64,000 nucleotides of DNA from a phage, in NCBI GenBank assembly GCA_036253495.1, contig GCA_036253495.1_4125.1; one strand, written 5' to 3'. A model generated the notes under the pieces. It searched no databases. It had not been told where the DNA came from and saw nothing but the letters and a program-made list of their open reading frames with translations. Of the stretch, positions 38,574 through 54,682 are shown piece after piece; within the stretch, counting starts at the first letter, position 1; every line of letters starts with the position of its first letter. The position numbers and the translations under genes are program-made.

Positions 38574-41500
38574 ATGTATATCGATGCTTATATGGAACGT
38601 AAACGTACTGGTGATATTCTTCACGTAGTTGAACGTAAAAACGGGAAGCGTATTCTCCGTGAACTGGAGCCAGTATTTGAGTATTATGTAGAATCACCAT
38701 TAGGTACACACAAAACTGTATATGGTACAATGGCACAACATCTTGAGTTTTCTTCACAGGCTCAAATGAATAAAAGCGTAGAGCAGCACAAAAGTGAAGG
38801 TCTACGAATTTTTGAAAGTGATTGTAACATTACGTTTAAAACGTTAGCGAAAGAGTACATGGGTAAGGGTTCTCCTGACCTTAACATTGCATTCTTCGAT
38901 ATCGAAACAGACTTCCATAAGAAGTTTGGGTATGCACCACCATCAGACCCGTTCAACCGTGTAACTGCAATTTCTTTGTATCAATCATGGACTGGTAAGG
39001 ATTATGTTTTAACACTTCCTCCAGTTGACATGGAAATTTACGAAGCACAAGACATTGTTCGACGTTTGAACGAAGAGACAAATGATCCTAACAGTACTGT
39101 CATCCTTTATACGGATGAAAAAGAAATGTTTATGGAATTCTTTAGTCTTATTGATGATTCTGATGTATTATCAGGGTGGAATAGTGAGTTCTTTGATATT
39201 CCATACATGATTAACCGCACAAAGAAAATCTTCAATGAAGCAACCACTGCTCGTTGGTGCTTGTGGAATAAGAAACCTAGTGCTCGTGAAGCAGATAACT
39301 TTGGTAAAACTGTAGTAACCTATGATTTAGTTGGTCGTGTTCACTTAGATTATCTTGCTCTTTATAAGAAACATGCTGGTCAAGTTGAACAATCATATAA
39401 ACTAGATTACATTGCAGAGAAAGTAACTAAAGAGAATAAAGTATCTTATGAAGGTTCTTTGGATAAACTATATCGTGAAGATTACATTACCTTCTTGCGT
39501 TATTCTAAGCAGGATAGTATTCTTCTGAAGAAAATTGATGCTGTATGTGACTTTATCAACCTACACAACCGTCTTGCTCATAAAGAGTGTGTACTAATTA
39601 GTACTACAATGGGTTCGGTAGCTCTGATTGATACTGCAATTATTAACCTTGCACATAGTCGTGGTGAAGTGGTATTCAACAAAGCACCTAAAGATGATTT
39701 TGAAGTTGATTATGAAACAGAATCATATGAAGATGAAGATGATGAAGCAGATGAGAAAATTAGTGCTAAAGCTGCTGGTGCATGGGTACAAGATCCAGTA
39801 CTAGGTTTGGTGAGTGATTTGGGATGTACTGACTTTAACTCACTGTATCCAACTGTACTTCGTACATTAGGTATGAGTACTGAATGCATTCTTGGGCAAC
39901 TTCGTCAGGATTACACTGATGCGTATCTTGCTGCTAAAATTCAAGAGCAAAAGGCCAAATCCAAATCGAAATCATTCGAACCAGACTGGACTGCTGCATG
40001 GCATGGTTTGTTTGCTGCTGTTGAGTTTACAATGGTTCATGAGAAATCAGATCAAACAATCATTGTTGATTTGGAAGATGGAAGTTCTTTCCATGCGACT
40101 GGCAAAGAGTTGTATGATATAATCTTTGCCGAGGACAGTACTATTGTTCTAAGTGCTAACGGAACACTATTTGACAAGTCTAAGTATGGTGTAATTCCAG
40201 ACATTCTAACTCAATGGTATTCTGAACGTAAAGCACAACAAAAGATGGTAATTGATTACAAACACATGTATAGTGATGGTTGGGAATTTAATGGTCATGA
40301 GAAAGTTGAACCACTTCTATCCAACTATATTCCTGGTACAATGTTCCGCACCAACTTACATGAAAATGATCCTGTTTATCTATTGCGTATTGCAATTGGT
40401 AAAGGTCAATGGGAAGATGTAGCTAAACTAATTGTTGAAAATGGTTTAGAACTAAAAGACGGAAGAATTTTCTGTTCTAAAGAAGATAAAGCATATTTCA
40501 AACAACAAAGTGCATTCTGGAAACAGAACCAGCAGATTCGTAAGATTCTTCTAAACAGTCTATATGGTGCACTATTGAACAAAGGTTCACGTTTCTTTGA
40601 TAAGCGTTTGGGTCAGTCTGTTACCTTAACTGGTCGTTCTATGACTAAACACATGGCGAGTCGTATCAATGAAATTACAACTGGTGTTTACAATCACCAG
40701 GGTGGTTCTGTAATTTATGGTGATACTGACTCCGTATACTTCAGTGTAACCCATTACTTGAAAGAACAAGGTATTCCGTACAATCTATCTAAAGAAGAAA
40801 TTGTTGATATGTACATTAAAATTGGTGATGAAGTTGGTGAGTCCTTCCCATCTTTTATGCATCAGATGTTCAACACTGGAATTGAGAAAGGTAAGATTGT
40901 AGGTGCTGACCTTGAGATGGTAGGTTCTCGTGGATTGTTCCTGAAGAAGAAACGTTATGCAATTCTGAAGTACTGGGAAGATGGATTCCGTAAAGATGTT
41001 GATGGTAAACCTGGTGAAATCAAGGCAATGGGTCTTGAGATTAAACGTTCAGATACGCCAAAATACATCCAGAACTTCCTAGAAGAGACTCTAATCGCTC
41101 TACTGGTAGGGGAGTCAGAGGCTGAACTAAAACAGCGTGTACGTGACTTTAAAGCGGTATTTAAAGACATTCCTGTACACGAGAAAGGTTCTCCGCGTAC
41201 CGTTAAGAACTACACTAATCTGGAAGCTGAATATAACACTACTGGTAAGTGTAAAGTTGGACACGTATTGGCAGGTATTCAATGGAACCGTCTACGTGAA
41301 GTGTATGATGACAAGTCAGTACCAGAAGTTACTGATGGTACAAAAGTTATCGTGTGTAATCTAAAAGATAACCCAATGGGAATTAAAGCTGTAGGATATC
41401 CAATTGACTGTGTAGAGTATCTACCTGAATGGTTCTTAGAATTACCGTTTGATAGTGAGAAAATGGAAGAGATAGTTTTAACTAAGAAATTAGAAAACAT

Positions 41501-41579
41501 CTTTGGTATTCTCGATATGGATATTGGTATTCATGAGAAAAGTACAGCAGCAGTTAACAATGGTTTCTTCTCTTGGTAA
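38574..41579 (+). CDS. 43: DNA polymerase, family B (gp43-like)
   Basis: Exo I FFDIETD, Pol motif A DFNSLYPTV, motif C VIYGDTDSVYF, 1001 aa. Confidence 0.95.
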   Translation: MYIDAYMERKRTGDILHVVERKNGKRILRELEPVFEYYVESPLGTHKTVYGTMAQHLEFSSQAQMNKSVEQHKSEGLRIFESDCNITFKTLAKEYMGKGSPDLNIAFFDIETDFHKKFGYAPPSDPFNRVTAISLYQSWTGKDYVLTLPPVDMEIYEAQDIVRRLNEETNDPNSTVILYTDEKEMFMEFFSLIDDSDVLSGWNSEFFDIPYMINRTKKIFNEATTARWCLWNKKPSAREADNFGKTVVTYDLVGRVHLDYLALYKKHAGQVEQSYKLDYIAEKVTKENKVSYEGSLDKLYREDYITFLRYSKQDSILLKKIDAVCDFINLHNRLAHKECVLISTTMGSVALIDTAIINLAHSRGEVVFNKAPKDDFEVDYETESYEDEDDEADEKISAKAAGAWVQDPVLGLVSDLGCTDFNSLYPTVLRTLGMSTECILGQLRQDYTDAYLAAKIQEQKAKSKSKSFEPDWTAAWHGLFAAVEFTMVHEKSDQTIIVDLEDGSSFHATGKELYDIIFAEDSTIVLSANGTLFDKSKYGVIPDILTQWYSERKAQQKMVIDYKHMYSDGWEFNGHEKVEPLLSNYIPGTMFRTNLHENDPVYLLRIAIGKGQWEDVAKLIVENGLELKDGRIFCSKEDKAYFKQQSAFWKQNQQIRKILLNSLYGALLNKGSRFFDKRLGQSVTLTGRSMTKHMASRINEITTGVYNHQGGSVIYGDTDSVYFSVTHYLKEQGIPYNLSKEEIVDMYIKIGDEVGESFPSFMHQMFNTGIEKGKIVGADLEMVGSRGLFLKKKRYAILKYWEDGFRKDVDGKPGEIKAMGLEIKRSDTPKYIQNFLEETLIALLVGESEAELKQRVRDFKAVFKDIPVHEKGSPRTVKNYTNLEAEYNTTGKCKVGHVLAGIQWNRLREVYDDKSVPEVTDGTKVIVCNLKDNPMGIKAVGYPIDCVEYLPEWFLELPFDSEKMEEIVLTKKLENIFGILDMDIGIHEKSTAAVNNGFFSW

Positions 41580-41589
41580 GGATAATATT

Positions 41590-41745
41590 ATGACTAAATT
41601 AGTAAATGATGAAGTAGAACTAAGCTACAATGAAGTATATGATGTATATTCAAACGCAGAACTTGAAATTACTGAAGATGATTTGAATTCAGCATGGGAA
41701 GTATATGTGAAGTGGGCCGCTACTCAAGGGGATAAACATGAGTAA
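41590..41745 (+). CDS. Small acidic hypothetical protein (51 aa)
   Basis: ATG 41590 after AAGGAT; track ORF 41503..41745 extends upstream into the polymerase gene. Confidence 0.4.
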   Translation: MTKLVNDEVELSYNEVYDVYSNAELEITEDDLNSAWEVYVKWAATQGDKHE

Positions 41746-42049
41746 TGTTTACAAACGTATTGGTGAAGTACTGGAAGATAGCACAATTATCAATTCAGTA
41801 CTTGCGTATGATAATGATGAAGAAGAAGTACTAAAAGGTGCGGGTTTTACCCGTACTGGTTCGGTTGTTATTGATGGTGATATTGTGGATGTATACTCAC
41901 TAGCCAAAAAACGTAAGGTTGTCGTGATAGATGAGTCTTGGACACAACAAGACTTGGATAATTTACACAAAACAAAAACCATCAACCGCATTGGTATGAG
42001 TTCAAACATCGATAAACCATATCTAAAAAAATGGAATACAAAATTCTGA
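41738..42049 (+). CDS. Hypothetical protein
   Basis: 103-aa ORF between polymerase and clamp genes; no recognised motif. Confidence 0.5.
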   Translation: MSNVYKRIGEVLEDSTIINSVLAYDNDEEEVLKGAGFTRTGSVVIDGDIVDVYSLAKKRKVVVIDESWTQQDLDNLHKTKTINRIGMSSNIDKPYLKKWNTKF

Positions 42050-42059
42050 TAAAATAATT

Positions 42060-42087
42060 GAGACAAGCACTGTTAACGAGATATAAT
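42060..42087 (+). promoter_or_regulatory. sigma70-like promoter GAGACA-N16-TATAAT upstream of clamp gene
   Basis: GAGACA 42060-42065, 16-nt spacer, TATAAT 42082-42087. Confidence 0.5.
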
Positions 42088-42142
42088 GGTGCTTGTCATA
42101 GACTTGACATTAACGAACAAAACAATAAACGGAGAATATATA

Positions 42143-42874
42143 ATGGATCTACGCAATGTACTACGTGACCTAGTTAACACCACTAGCGGTATTGATTTTT
42201 CTTGTATCGCAATCAGCAGTGAAGACCGTGGTGAAGGTCAACGCGTTTACATGGAAGCATATACCGATGACCGCACTTTGGTTATGCGTGCATACACTAA
42301 AGAAGACGTTCCAGAAGTTCAAGGTCGTTTTGGTCTAGGTAACTTGGGTCTTCTACAAGGTCTAATGTCCCTAAAGACTTACAGTACTGAAGGTACTACT
42401 ATCACTTCTAATTTGAAAGATGGTGTTGTTAAAAGCCTAGCATTCAAATCTGAAGAAGCAAGCACTACCTTTATGGTACAAGCTGAAAAACTAATTCCAC
42501 CACAACCACGTTTCACTGAACAACCATATGACGTACAGGTTACACCTAGTGCAGCTAAAGTTCAGGAACTAAAGAGTTTCTCTGGTGTGTTTAAATCTTT
42601 CAGTTCACTAGTTACCCCATACACTGAAGGTGACACCCTTTACTTCCACGTTGGTGAGAAGAACAAGAGTAACCACGTTGGTGCTCTAGCTTTCTCTAAA
42701 ACTGAAGGTGAATTAGGTTTGGGCTTTGGTTATAACATTGACCGTGTTCTTCAAGCATTAGCTCGTGTATCTAATGCAGAATCAGTAACACTTGGTTTAA
42801 CCAAGACTGGTATGATGAACGTTACATTAGATACTGGTATCGCAGTATACAAAATCTATGTAACTGGTTGTTAA
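42143..42874 (+). CDS. 45: DNA polymerase sliding clamp (gp45-like)
   Basis: ATG 42143 after GGAGA. N-terminus VLRDLVNTTSGIDF resembles T4 gp45 LLKNFATINSGIM. ~243 aa, downstream of the polymerase. Confidence 0.55.
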   Translation: MDLRNVLRDLVNTTSGIDFSCIAISSEDRGEGQRVYMEAYTDDRTLVMRAYTKEDVPEVQGRFGLGNLGLLQGLMSLKTYSTEGTTITSNLKDGVVKSLAFKSEEASTTFMVQAEKLIPPQPRFTEQPYDVQVTPSAAKVQELKSFSGVFKSFSSLVTPYTEGDTLYFHVGEKNKSNHVGALAFSKTEGELGLGFGYNIDRVLQALARVSNAESVTLGLTKTGMMNVTLDTGIAVYKIYVTGC

Positions 42875-42884
42875 TAAAAGTACA

Positions 42885-42912
42885 GGGGAACTGGAGTTCC
42901 CCTTTTGGTTTT
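42885..42912 (+). terminator. Intrinsic terminator after clamp gene
   Basis: ggggaac-tgga-gttcccc followed by TTTTGGTTTT. Confidence 0.65.
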
Positions 42913-42933
42913 AAAAGTAAAGGAAGATATAAA

Positions 42934-43140
42934 ATGCCACTATATACATATCGTTGTGAAAAAGAAGACTGTAAACACAGTATGGATAAAATTGTAAAAA
43001 TCGCAAATCGTGAAGAACCACACGATTGTCCTATTTGTAATGGTGAAAAAACCATGAAATTGGAATTGTTCACTCCAGGTGATAAAGGGGCTAATCTTTA
43101 TTTCCGTGGTAAATGGTTTGCAAACACTGGAGGTTACTAA
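42934..43140 (+). CDS. Small zinc-ribbon protein
   Basis: ATG 42934 after AAGGAAG. CEKEDC…CPIC Cys pairs in 68 aa. Confidence 0.5.
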   Translation: MPLYTYRCEKEDCKHSMDKIVKIANREEPHDCPICNGEKTMKLELFTPGDKGANLYFRGKWFANTGGY

Positions 43141-43141
43141 T

Positions 43142-43441
43142 ATGAAACTAAAAATGATTAACGATTATGTTCTTGTTCGTCAGATTGAAGCACAAAACAA
43201 AAGTACTGGTGGTATTATCCTCGGTAATGTAGAGCCTCCATGTGTTGGTATGGTTATTTCTGTTGGTGAAGGTAAAGTACTACCAAATGGTCAAATCGCT
43301 GAACATAACATTCGTGAGGGTGATATGGTTGTTTTTGGTCGTTCTTCTCTGAACACCCCCCTGACTGAAGATCTTGGTGGTGGTGAAGATACATACTATG
43401 TAATGAAAATTGAAGAAATCTTTGGAAAGAAAAATGGCTAA
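43142..43441 (+). CDS. GroES-like co-chaperonin (functional analogue of T4 gp31)
   Basis: ATG 43142 after GGAGG. NDYVLVRQIEAQNKSTGGIIL…VGMVISVGEGKVLPNGQ…REGDMVVFGR…YYVMKIEEI follows the GroES/Hsp10 pattern. Confidence 0.7.
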   Translation: MKLKMINDYVLVRQIEAQNKSTGGIILGNVEPPCVGMVISVGEGKVLPNGQIAEHNIREGDMVVFGRSSLNTPLTEDLGGGEDTYYVMKIEEIFGKKNG

Positions 43442-44159
43442 GAAAAGGTTATTACCTTTCTGGATGGTCCCCGCTCATTGGGGACTTTCTGGTAAAGCGA
43501 AAGAGATTGCTAAAGCATACTATTACAATGACGATTATGAAGCAGATTTGAAAGTTGCAGAACTAACATATCTTACTGAATATGAAGTTGATGTTGCACA
43601 ATTGGACATTAAAAAGAAATATGGTGTTATTGATACACTAAAATATCTAATTGAACAGGCGGCTGTCGAATTAAAGTACTCTAAGATTACACGTGAAGAG
43701 TACGATTTAAAAGTACTTGACGCAAAGTTAAGTACTGATACTATTACTCAAAAAGAGTATGATATGGAAGTAATCGAGCTAATGCCTGAAGGTGATGATA
43801 AACGATTGAAAGCCATTGAGTATGCGTATAAGTATGATGAAATTACACAACAAGAGTATTCAAAGGAAATCTATACATTACGTAAAGAGCCTTGGATTGA
43901 TTTGGATGTAATTTTGAATCCTGATACAAACGAAGTAGAATTTGTATTTGATTACAATGAATACTTTTGGAAGAAATTAAAAGCCGAAGGTCACCCAGGA
44001 ACGGATGAAGAAGAGATTATTGATAACTTTGTTCGTGATTTGGGTCGCAAATTAGCTACTGACGATTATAGTGATAACGAAGATGCAAAGCTAGTGAGTG
44101 CGAACGCAGGGTTAGAGAATCTACCTGGTTTACCTGAAGGTTTCAAATCATACAAATAA
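43434..44159 (+). CDS. Hypothetical protein with internal tandem repeats
   Basis: Four ~20-aa repeats of the type (K/T/E)IT(R/Q)(E/K/Q)EYDxxV. Start overlaps the GroES stop. Confidence 0.55.
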   Translation: MAKKRLLPFWMVPAHWGLSGKAKEIAKAYYYNDDYEADLKVAELTYLTEYEVDVAQLDIKKKYGVIDTLKYLIEQAAVELKYSKITREEYDLKVLDAKLSTDTITQKEYDMEVIELMPEGDDKRLKAIEYAYKYDEITQQEYSKEIYTLRKEPWIDLDVILNPDTNEVEFVFDYNEYFWKKLKAEGHPGTDEEEIIDNFVRDLGRKLATDDYSDNEDAKLVSANAGLENLPGLPEGFKSYK

Positions 44160-44190
44160 AAAAAAGGAGAACAATATGTTCTCCTTTTCT
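44157..44190. terminator. Bidirectional intrinsic terminator between convergent genes
   Basis: A-run, ggagaac-aatat-gttctcc hairpin, T-run. Confidence 0.7.
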
Positions 44191-44202
44191 TGTATTAATT
44201 TA

Positions 44203-44895
44203 TTAAACCATTGCTGGGATAGATTTGAACATCTTGATACCGAAATCACCAGCAGCATCAGCAGCTTGGGATTTTAGGAAGACTTCAGTAACGCCATCTT
44301 TTGCAAGCATTGGGATACCAGTTAGATCGTCGATAAGTAGGCGACCTTCTTCGATTTCAGTACTTGGAACGCCTTGGAAAGATACTAGGTCTTTGTCAAA
44401 TACGTTCGCACGCTCAACTAGGAAAGTAACAACAGAAGCACTTGCAATATCAACAGTACCAACACTTAGTACACCATCAACTGCGTTAGTGAAACCTTCA
44501 ACTGCTAGTGGAGCGGAAGCATCATTACCACCGATTTCAGAAGTACTTAGAACAACTGCACGTTGTTGAACAACATCAACTAGACGTTTAACGTTAGTTT
44601 GAGCAGCGTAGGAAGCATTGTAATCAGCTTCAACAGTTGCAACTTCGAATGGAGTACCGTCGATACGGATGATACCTTTGTCATTTAGATATTCGGTAAT
44701 AACTTCAGGAATATCAGTGTTTAGAAAACGTTGTAGACCAGCAAAAGAACCAACTGCACCAGTAACACGCACGTTAACGTCACCTAGTTTACTAACAGCG
44801 ATAGAAGCTAGGGCGTTAGTACCACAGAAATAACCTAGAATTTTGTCAAAAGAATAACCGTTAATTCGTTCAAAAGAAGTATTAATATTAGACAT
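44203..44895 (-). CDS. Hypothetical Ala/Val-rich protein, paralogue A (probable abundant virion protein)
   Basis: 230 aa, strong AAGGAG RBS, locally higher GC. Shares blocks with the adjacent gene (QQRAVVLSTS / FLVERANVFDKDLVSFQG). Confidence 0.6.
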   Translation of the reverse strand: MSNINTSFERINGYSFDKILGYFCGTNALASIAVSKLGDVNVRVTGAVGSFAGLQRFLNTDIPEVITEYLNDKGIIRIDGTPFEVATVEADYNASYAAQTNVKRLVDVVQQRAVVLSTSEIGGNDASAPLAVEGFTNAVDGVLSVGTVDIASASVVTFLVERANVFDKDLVSFQGVPSTEIEEGRLLIDDLTGIPMLAKDGVTEVFLKSQAADAAGDFGIKMFKSIPAMV

Positions 44896-44910
44896 GTTAA
44901 TCTCCTTATA

Positions 44911-45510
44911 TTATAGTTGAACTGGTAGAGCAGCACGAACTTTAATAGCTACAGCTTTAGCAGCTTCAGCATCACCAACACCATCAGTAGTAACATCTAC
45001 GAAAGATTTAGTACGGAAGAATTTAGCTTGAGCGATTACTTTAGCTAGTTCAACAGTTGGATCAACTGGAACAGAGTAAGCAGCACCTGGACGAACATCT
45101 TGTTTAGCGAAAACGTCTTGACGTTCGCAGATGAAGGTTAGTGCAACAGAACCAGCACCGCCAGCAACATCAGCACCAGAAGTACCGAAAGCAACTACGT
45201 TACCGCCAACAGTTTTGAAATCCGCTGGGATTACTACGTCAGTGTCAAGAGCTAGTACAGAAGTAGTAACTAGAACAGCACGTTGTTGTAGTAGTTGGGT
45301 TAGCATGAATTGGTTGTATTGTGCGTTAGTGATCGCAGTTTGTAGTGCTTCATCTTGTAGTTCAGAACCATCGGAAGTTACTTTGGTAGTACCAACTTCA
45401 ACATCTGCTGGTAGATCAACAACGATAGTTACAAAACCATTATCACCACCCCAGTACTCACGGGAGTTAGCAGACATACCATAGTTACGGTTAAAAGAAT
45501 TAAGACTCAT
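44911..45510 (-). CDS. Hypothetical Ala/Val-rich protein, paralogue B
   Basis: 199 aa, AAGGAG RBS. QQRAVLVTTS and FICERQDVFAKQDVRPG match paralogue A. Confidence 0.6.
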   Translation of the reverse strand: MSLNSFNRNYGMSANSREYWGGDNGFVTIVVDLPADVEVGTTKVTSDGSELQDEALQTAITNAQYNQFMLTQLLQQRAVLVTTSVLALDTDVVIPADFKTVGGNVVAFGTSGADVAGGAGSVALTFICERQDVFAKQDVRPGAAYSVPVDPTVELAKVIAQAKFFRTKSFVDVTTDGVGDAEAAKAVAIKVRAALPVQL

Positions 45511-45633
45511 AAAAATCTCCTTGTCAATTTTGTGCAGGACTCTCCTGCTTAAGATTATTTATCAATTATTTAAAAGCACCCACATAATAAGTGATTTTCT
45601 TTCCTTGATTATATGCTATTATTTATCAATTAT

Positions 45634-45661
45634 GGGAAGAGACATTTATATGTGCTATAAT
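45634..45661 (+). promoter_or_regulatory. sigma70-like promoter (GGGAAG-N16-TGcTATAAT) upstream of rnh
   Basis: Extended -10 TGcTATAAT 45653-45661. -35 is a weaker match (GGGAAG). Confidence 0.4.
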
Positions 45662-45727
45662 TATTAACGAAAAACACGAAAAATGGATTTTCATGGCATC
45701 CAGAATGGTAACATCCATCACCGATAA

Positions 45728-47213
<1,486 letters not shown>

Positions 47214-47245
47214 CTGGAGAGGGATGCCGTATGGTGTCCCTATAG

Positions 47246-52147
<4,902 letters not shown>

Positions 52148-52168
52148 TTAGTATTAGATAAATGTACG

Positions 52169-52198
52169 TAGGGCAACGGAGTTTGCCCTATTTTATTT
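52169..52198 (+). terminator. Intrinsic terminator after gp32-like gene
   Basis: tagggcaa-cggagt-ttgcccta followed by TTTTATTT. Confidence 0.65.
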
Positions 52199-52220
52199 CA
52201 TAAAATTCAAGGAGTGAATT

Positions 52221-53339
52221 ATGAAAATGACAAGTGGTTTTGCAAACATTCTAAAAAATAGTACTGGTAGTGTTAAAAAGAATACAGGTGTAAGTGTTGG
52301 TTTTCACGATCCAGACACATGGATTAGTACTGGTAACTACGCTCTGAACTACCGTATTAGTGGTTATTTTGACCGTGGTATTCCACTAGGTAAAGTAACT
52401 ATGTTTGCTGGCGAATCTGGTTCTGGTAAATCATTTATCGTATCTGGTAACATCGCACGTGAAGCACAACAGCAAGGTATCTTCGTTGTCATGATTGACT
52501 CTGAAAACGCCCTTGATTCTGATTGGCTACATGCACTCGGAGTAGATACTTCCGAAGAAAAATTATTGAAAGTAAACATGGGTATGATTGGCGACGTTGC
52601 TAAATTCACCTATGAGTTCATTGAAGGGTATCGTAAAGAATACGAAAATACCCCTAAAGAAGAACGTCAAAAAGTGTTGTTCATTATCGATTCTATTGGT
52701 ATGCTTAACACTGAAGTTGCAAATGACCAAATGAAAGCTGGTAACCTAAAAGGTGATATGGGTCACAAACCTAAACAGCTTAAAGCATATATCACGAACT
52801 GTGTAAACAGTATCGGGGCATTGAACATTGGTATGGTTTGTGTTAACCATAGTTATGAGTCACAGGACATGTTCAACCCTGATCCTAAAGTTTCCGGTGG
52901 TAGCGGATTGATTTATGCATCATCTATGGTAATTGCAATGGGTAAACTAAAACTTAAAGAAGATGAAGACGGTAATAAAACATCTGATGTAAGTGGTATT
53001 CGTTCAAAATGTAAAGTAATGAAAACACGTTATAATAAACCGTTTGAAGATGTAGAAATCAAGATTCCTTGGGATAAAGGAATGGACCCACGTAGTGGTC
53101 TACTAGATATGTTCGAGAAATACGGCCTGATTGTTAAATCTGGTAACCGACTAATGTATGTAGACATTGACACTGGTGAACAAATCCTCAAGTATCGCAA
53201 AGACTGGATGCGTAATGAAGATTCATGTTTAGATTTGGTTATGCATCAATTTAAACGTCACCCACTGATTGAAGAAGTCAAGGAAGAAGAAAAAGGTGAT
53301 GAATCTTTTGGTACTGACATTGAACTCGGTGAGGAATAA
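52221..53339 (+). CDS. uvsX: Recombinase UvsX (RecA-like)
   Basis: Walker A GESGSGKS, …CVNHSYESQDMF…, …DPRSGLLDMFEKYG… match T4 UvsX (…NHTYETQEMF…, …DPYSGLLDMALELG…). Confidence 0.9.
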   Translation: MKMTSGFANILKNSTGSVKKNTGVSVGFHDPDTWISTGNYALNYRISGYFDRGIPLGKVTMFAGESGSGKSFIVSGNIAREAQQQGIFVVMIDSENALDSDWLHALGVDTSEEKLLKVNMGMIGDVAKFTYEFIEGYRKEYENTPKEERQKVLFIIDSIGMLNTEVANDQMKAGNLKGDMGHKPKQLKAYITNCVNSIGALNIGMVCVNHSYESQDMFNPDPKVSGGSGLIYASSMVIAMGKLKLKEDEDGNKTSDVSGIRSKCKVMKTRYNKPFEDVEIKIPWDKGMDPRSGLLDMFEKYGLIVKSGNRLMYVDIDTGEQILKYRKDWMRNEDSCLDLVMHQFKRHPLIEEVKEEEKGDESFGTDIELGEE

Positions 53340-53800
53340 TGAAACCTTGGCATTGGATCATTAAAGATGATAAAAGCAAACTTATTGATATGATTACATT
53401 CTTCGATGAAGAAATCGAAGAAGCACGTAAGGAAGTCAAGAAGATTGGTATCATTGAAAAGATTGCTCAAGAAATCCCTGGCTGGCATGAGACACGTCTT
53501 AGTCAGCTTCAAGAACTTGAAGCAGTACTGGAAATGTTAGAAATTGAAATGAAGCAGATACAAGCTGAAAAGTTCAAATACTATCTTGAGGCATACCGTA
53601 GAGCATTATCATCATCTGATTGTAAAAAGTATGTTGATGGTGATAAAGAAGTATGTGAATTATATGAACTAATTAATGAAGTATCATATATTCGAAATCA
53701 ATATAGTAGCATTGTTAAATCGTTGGAGATGAAAGCATTTCAACTTAACAATATAGTAAAACTAAGAACAGCAGGTATCGAAGATGCTCGTTTAGAATAA
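53339..53800 (+). CDS. Recombination mediator UvsY-like (putative)
   Basis: EMLEIEMKQIQAEKFKYY and IVKSLEMKAFQLNN resemble T4 UvsY EMLRIEAQKKVALKARLDYY and AIKHIQDMRAFEAG. Translationally coupled to uvsX. Confidence 0.4.
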   Translation: MKPWHWIIKDDKSKLIDMITFFDEEIEEARKEVKKIGIIEKIAQEIPGWHETRLSQLQELEAVLEMLEIEMKQIQAEKFKYYLEAYRRALSSSDCKKYVDGDKEVCELYELINEVSYIRNQYSSIVKSLEMKAFQLNNIVKLRTAGIEDARLE

Positions 53801-53810
53801 ACTAATCATA

Positions 53811-53837
53811 AGGACGCAATCATGCGTCCTTTTTATT
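53811..53837 (+). terminator. Intrinsic terminator
   Basis: aggacgca-atca-tgcgtcct followed by TTTTTATTT. Confidence 0.65.
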
Positions 53838-53849
53838 TGAGAAAAAAAC

Positions 53850-54668
53850 ATGTCTAAAATAGATGATTTTCTAAAACAAGTCTCAGTACTCGACACTGAA
53901 ACCACTGGTGTTGAGAGTGATGATGATATTATTGAATTTAGTATTTCTTATCCTCAAAATGCACATGAAAATATTGACACAGTTGATAACTATACATTGC
54001 GATATAAACCATTGAAAGACATTCCACCTGAAGCGTCGGCAGTGCATTTTATCAGTACTGAAGATGTTGCAAATTGTATTGGGTATAAAGATGATCTTGA
54101 AAATATTGACGCACTAATGGGGTGTAGAGAATATTATGTTGGTCATAATGTGCAATTTGACCGTAGAATGATGGTTGATAATGAATATAAATATCGTAAC
54201 TCAATTTCACAGTATCTTCTTGATGAGGATAAATGGATTTGTACCCTTCGTTTTGCTAAGAAAATGTTTGCTGAAGATGTAGAATTCAAAAATCTAACAC
54301 TAAGTTATTTGTGGTATAAATTTGGATGTTATCGTGATGTACATCGTCCTGTTAATGCTCATGCTGCAAAAGATGATGTATTCATGTGCTATCAGGTTCT
54401 AATTAAACTTATTGAAGTTGCTATTGAACGTGGTCATATTGATCCAGAACAGGATATTGGTGAACAAATTGTCACATTCTGCAATACACCAATGCGTTAT
54501 CAATTTATGCCATTTGGTAAGCATAAAGGCGAACCAATGAGTACTGTACCATTGAATTACATTGAATGGATGATTACTAATAGTGATATCCTAGACACGA
54601 GTAATCCAAACTGTGATAAAGATTTAGTATATACATTTGAGTACGAGTATAGTAGTCGTACTAACTAA
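53850..54668 (+). CDS. DnaQ-like 3'-5' exonuclease (DEDDh) with C-terminal FGKHKG module
   Basis: Exo I VLDTETTG, Exo II YVGHNVQFD, Exo III HAAKDDVFMCYQ. C-terminal …MPFGKHKGEPMSTVPLNYIEWM…. Confidence 0.75.
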   Translation: MSKIDDFLKQVSVLDTETTGVESDDDIIEFSISYPQNAHENIDTVDNYTLRYKPLKDIPPEASAVHFISTEDVANCIGYKDDLENIDALMGCREYYVGHNVQFDRRMMVDNEYKYRNSISQYLLDEDKWICTLRFAKKMFAEDVEFKNLTLSYLWYKFGCYRDVHRPVNAHAAKDDVFMCYQVLIKLIEVAIERGHIDPEQDIGEQIVTFCNTPMRYQFMPFGKHKGEPMSTVPLNYIEWMITNSDILDTSNPNCDKDLVYTFEYEYSSRTN

Positions 54669-54682
54669 AAGGATATTCATGG

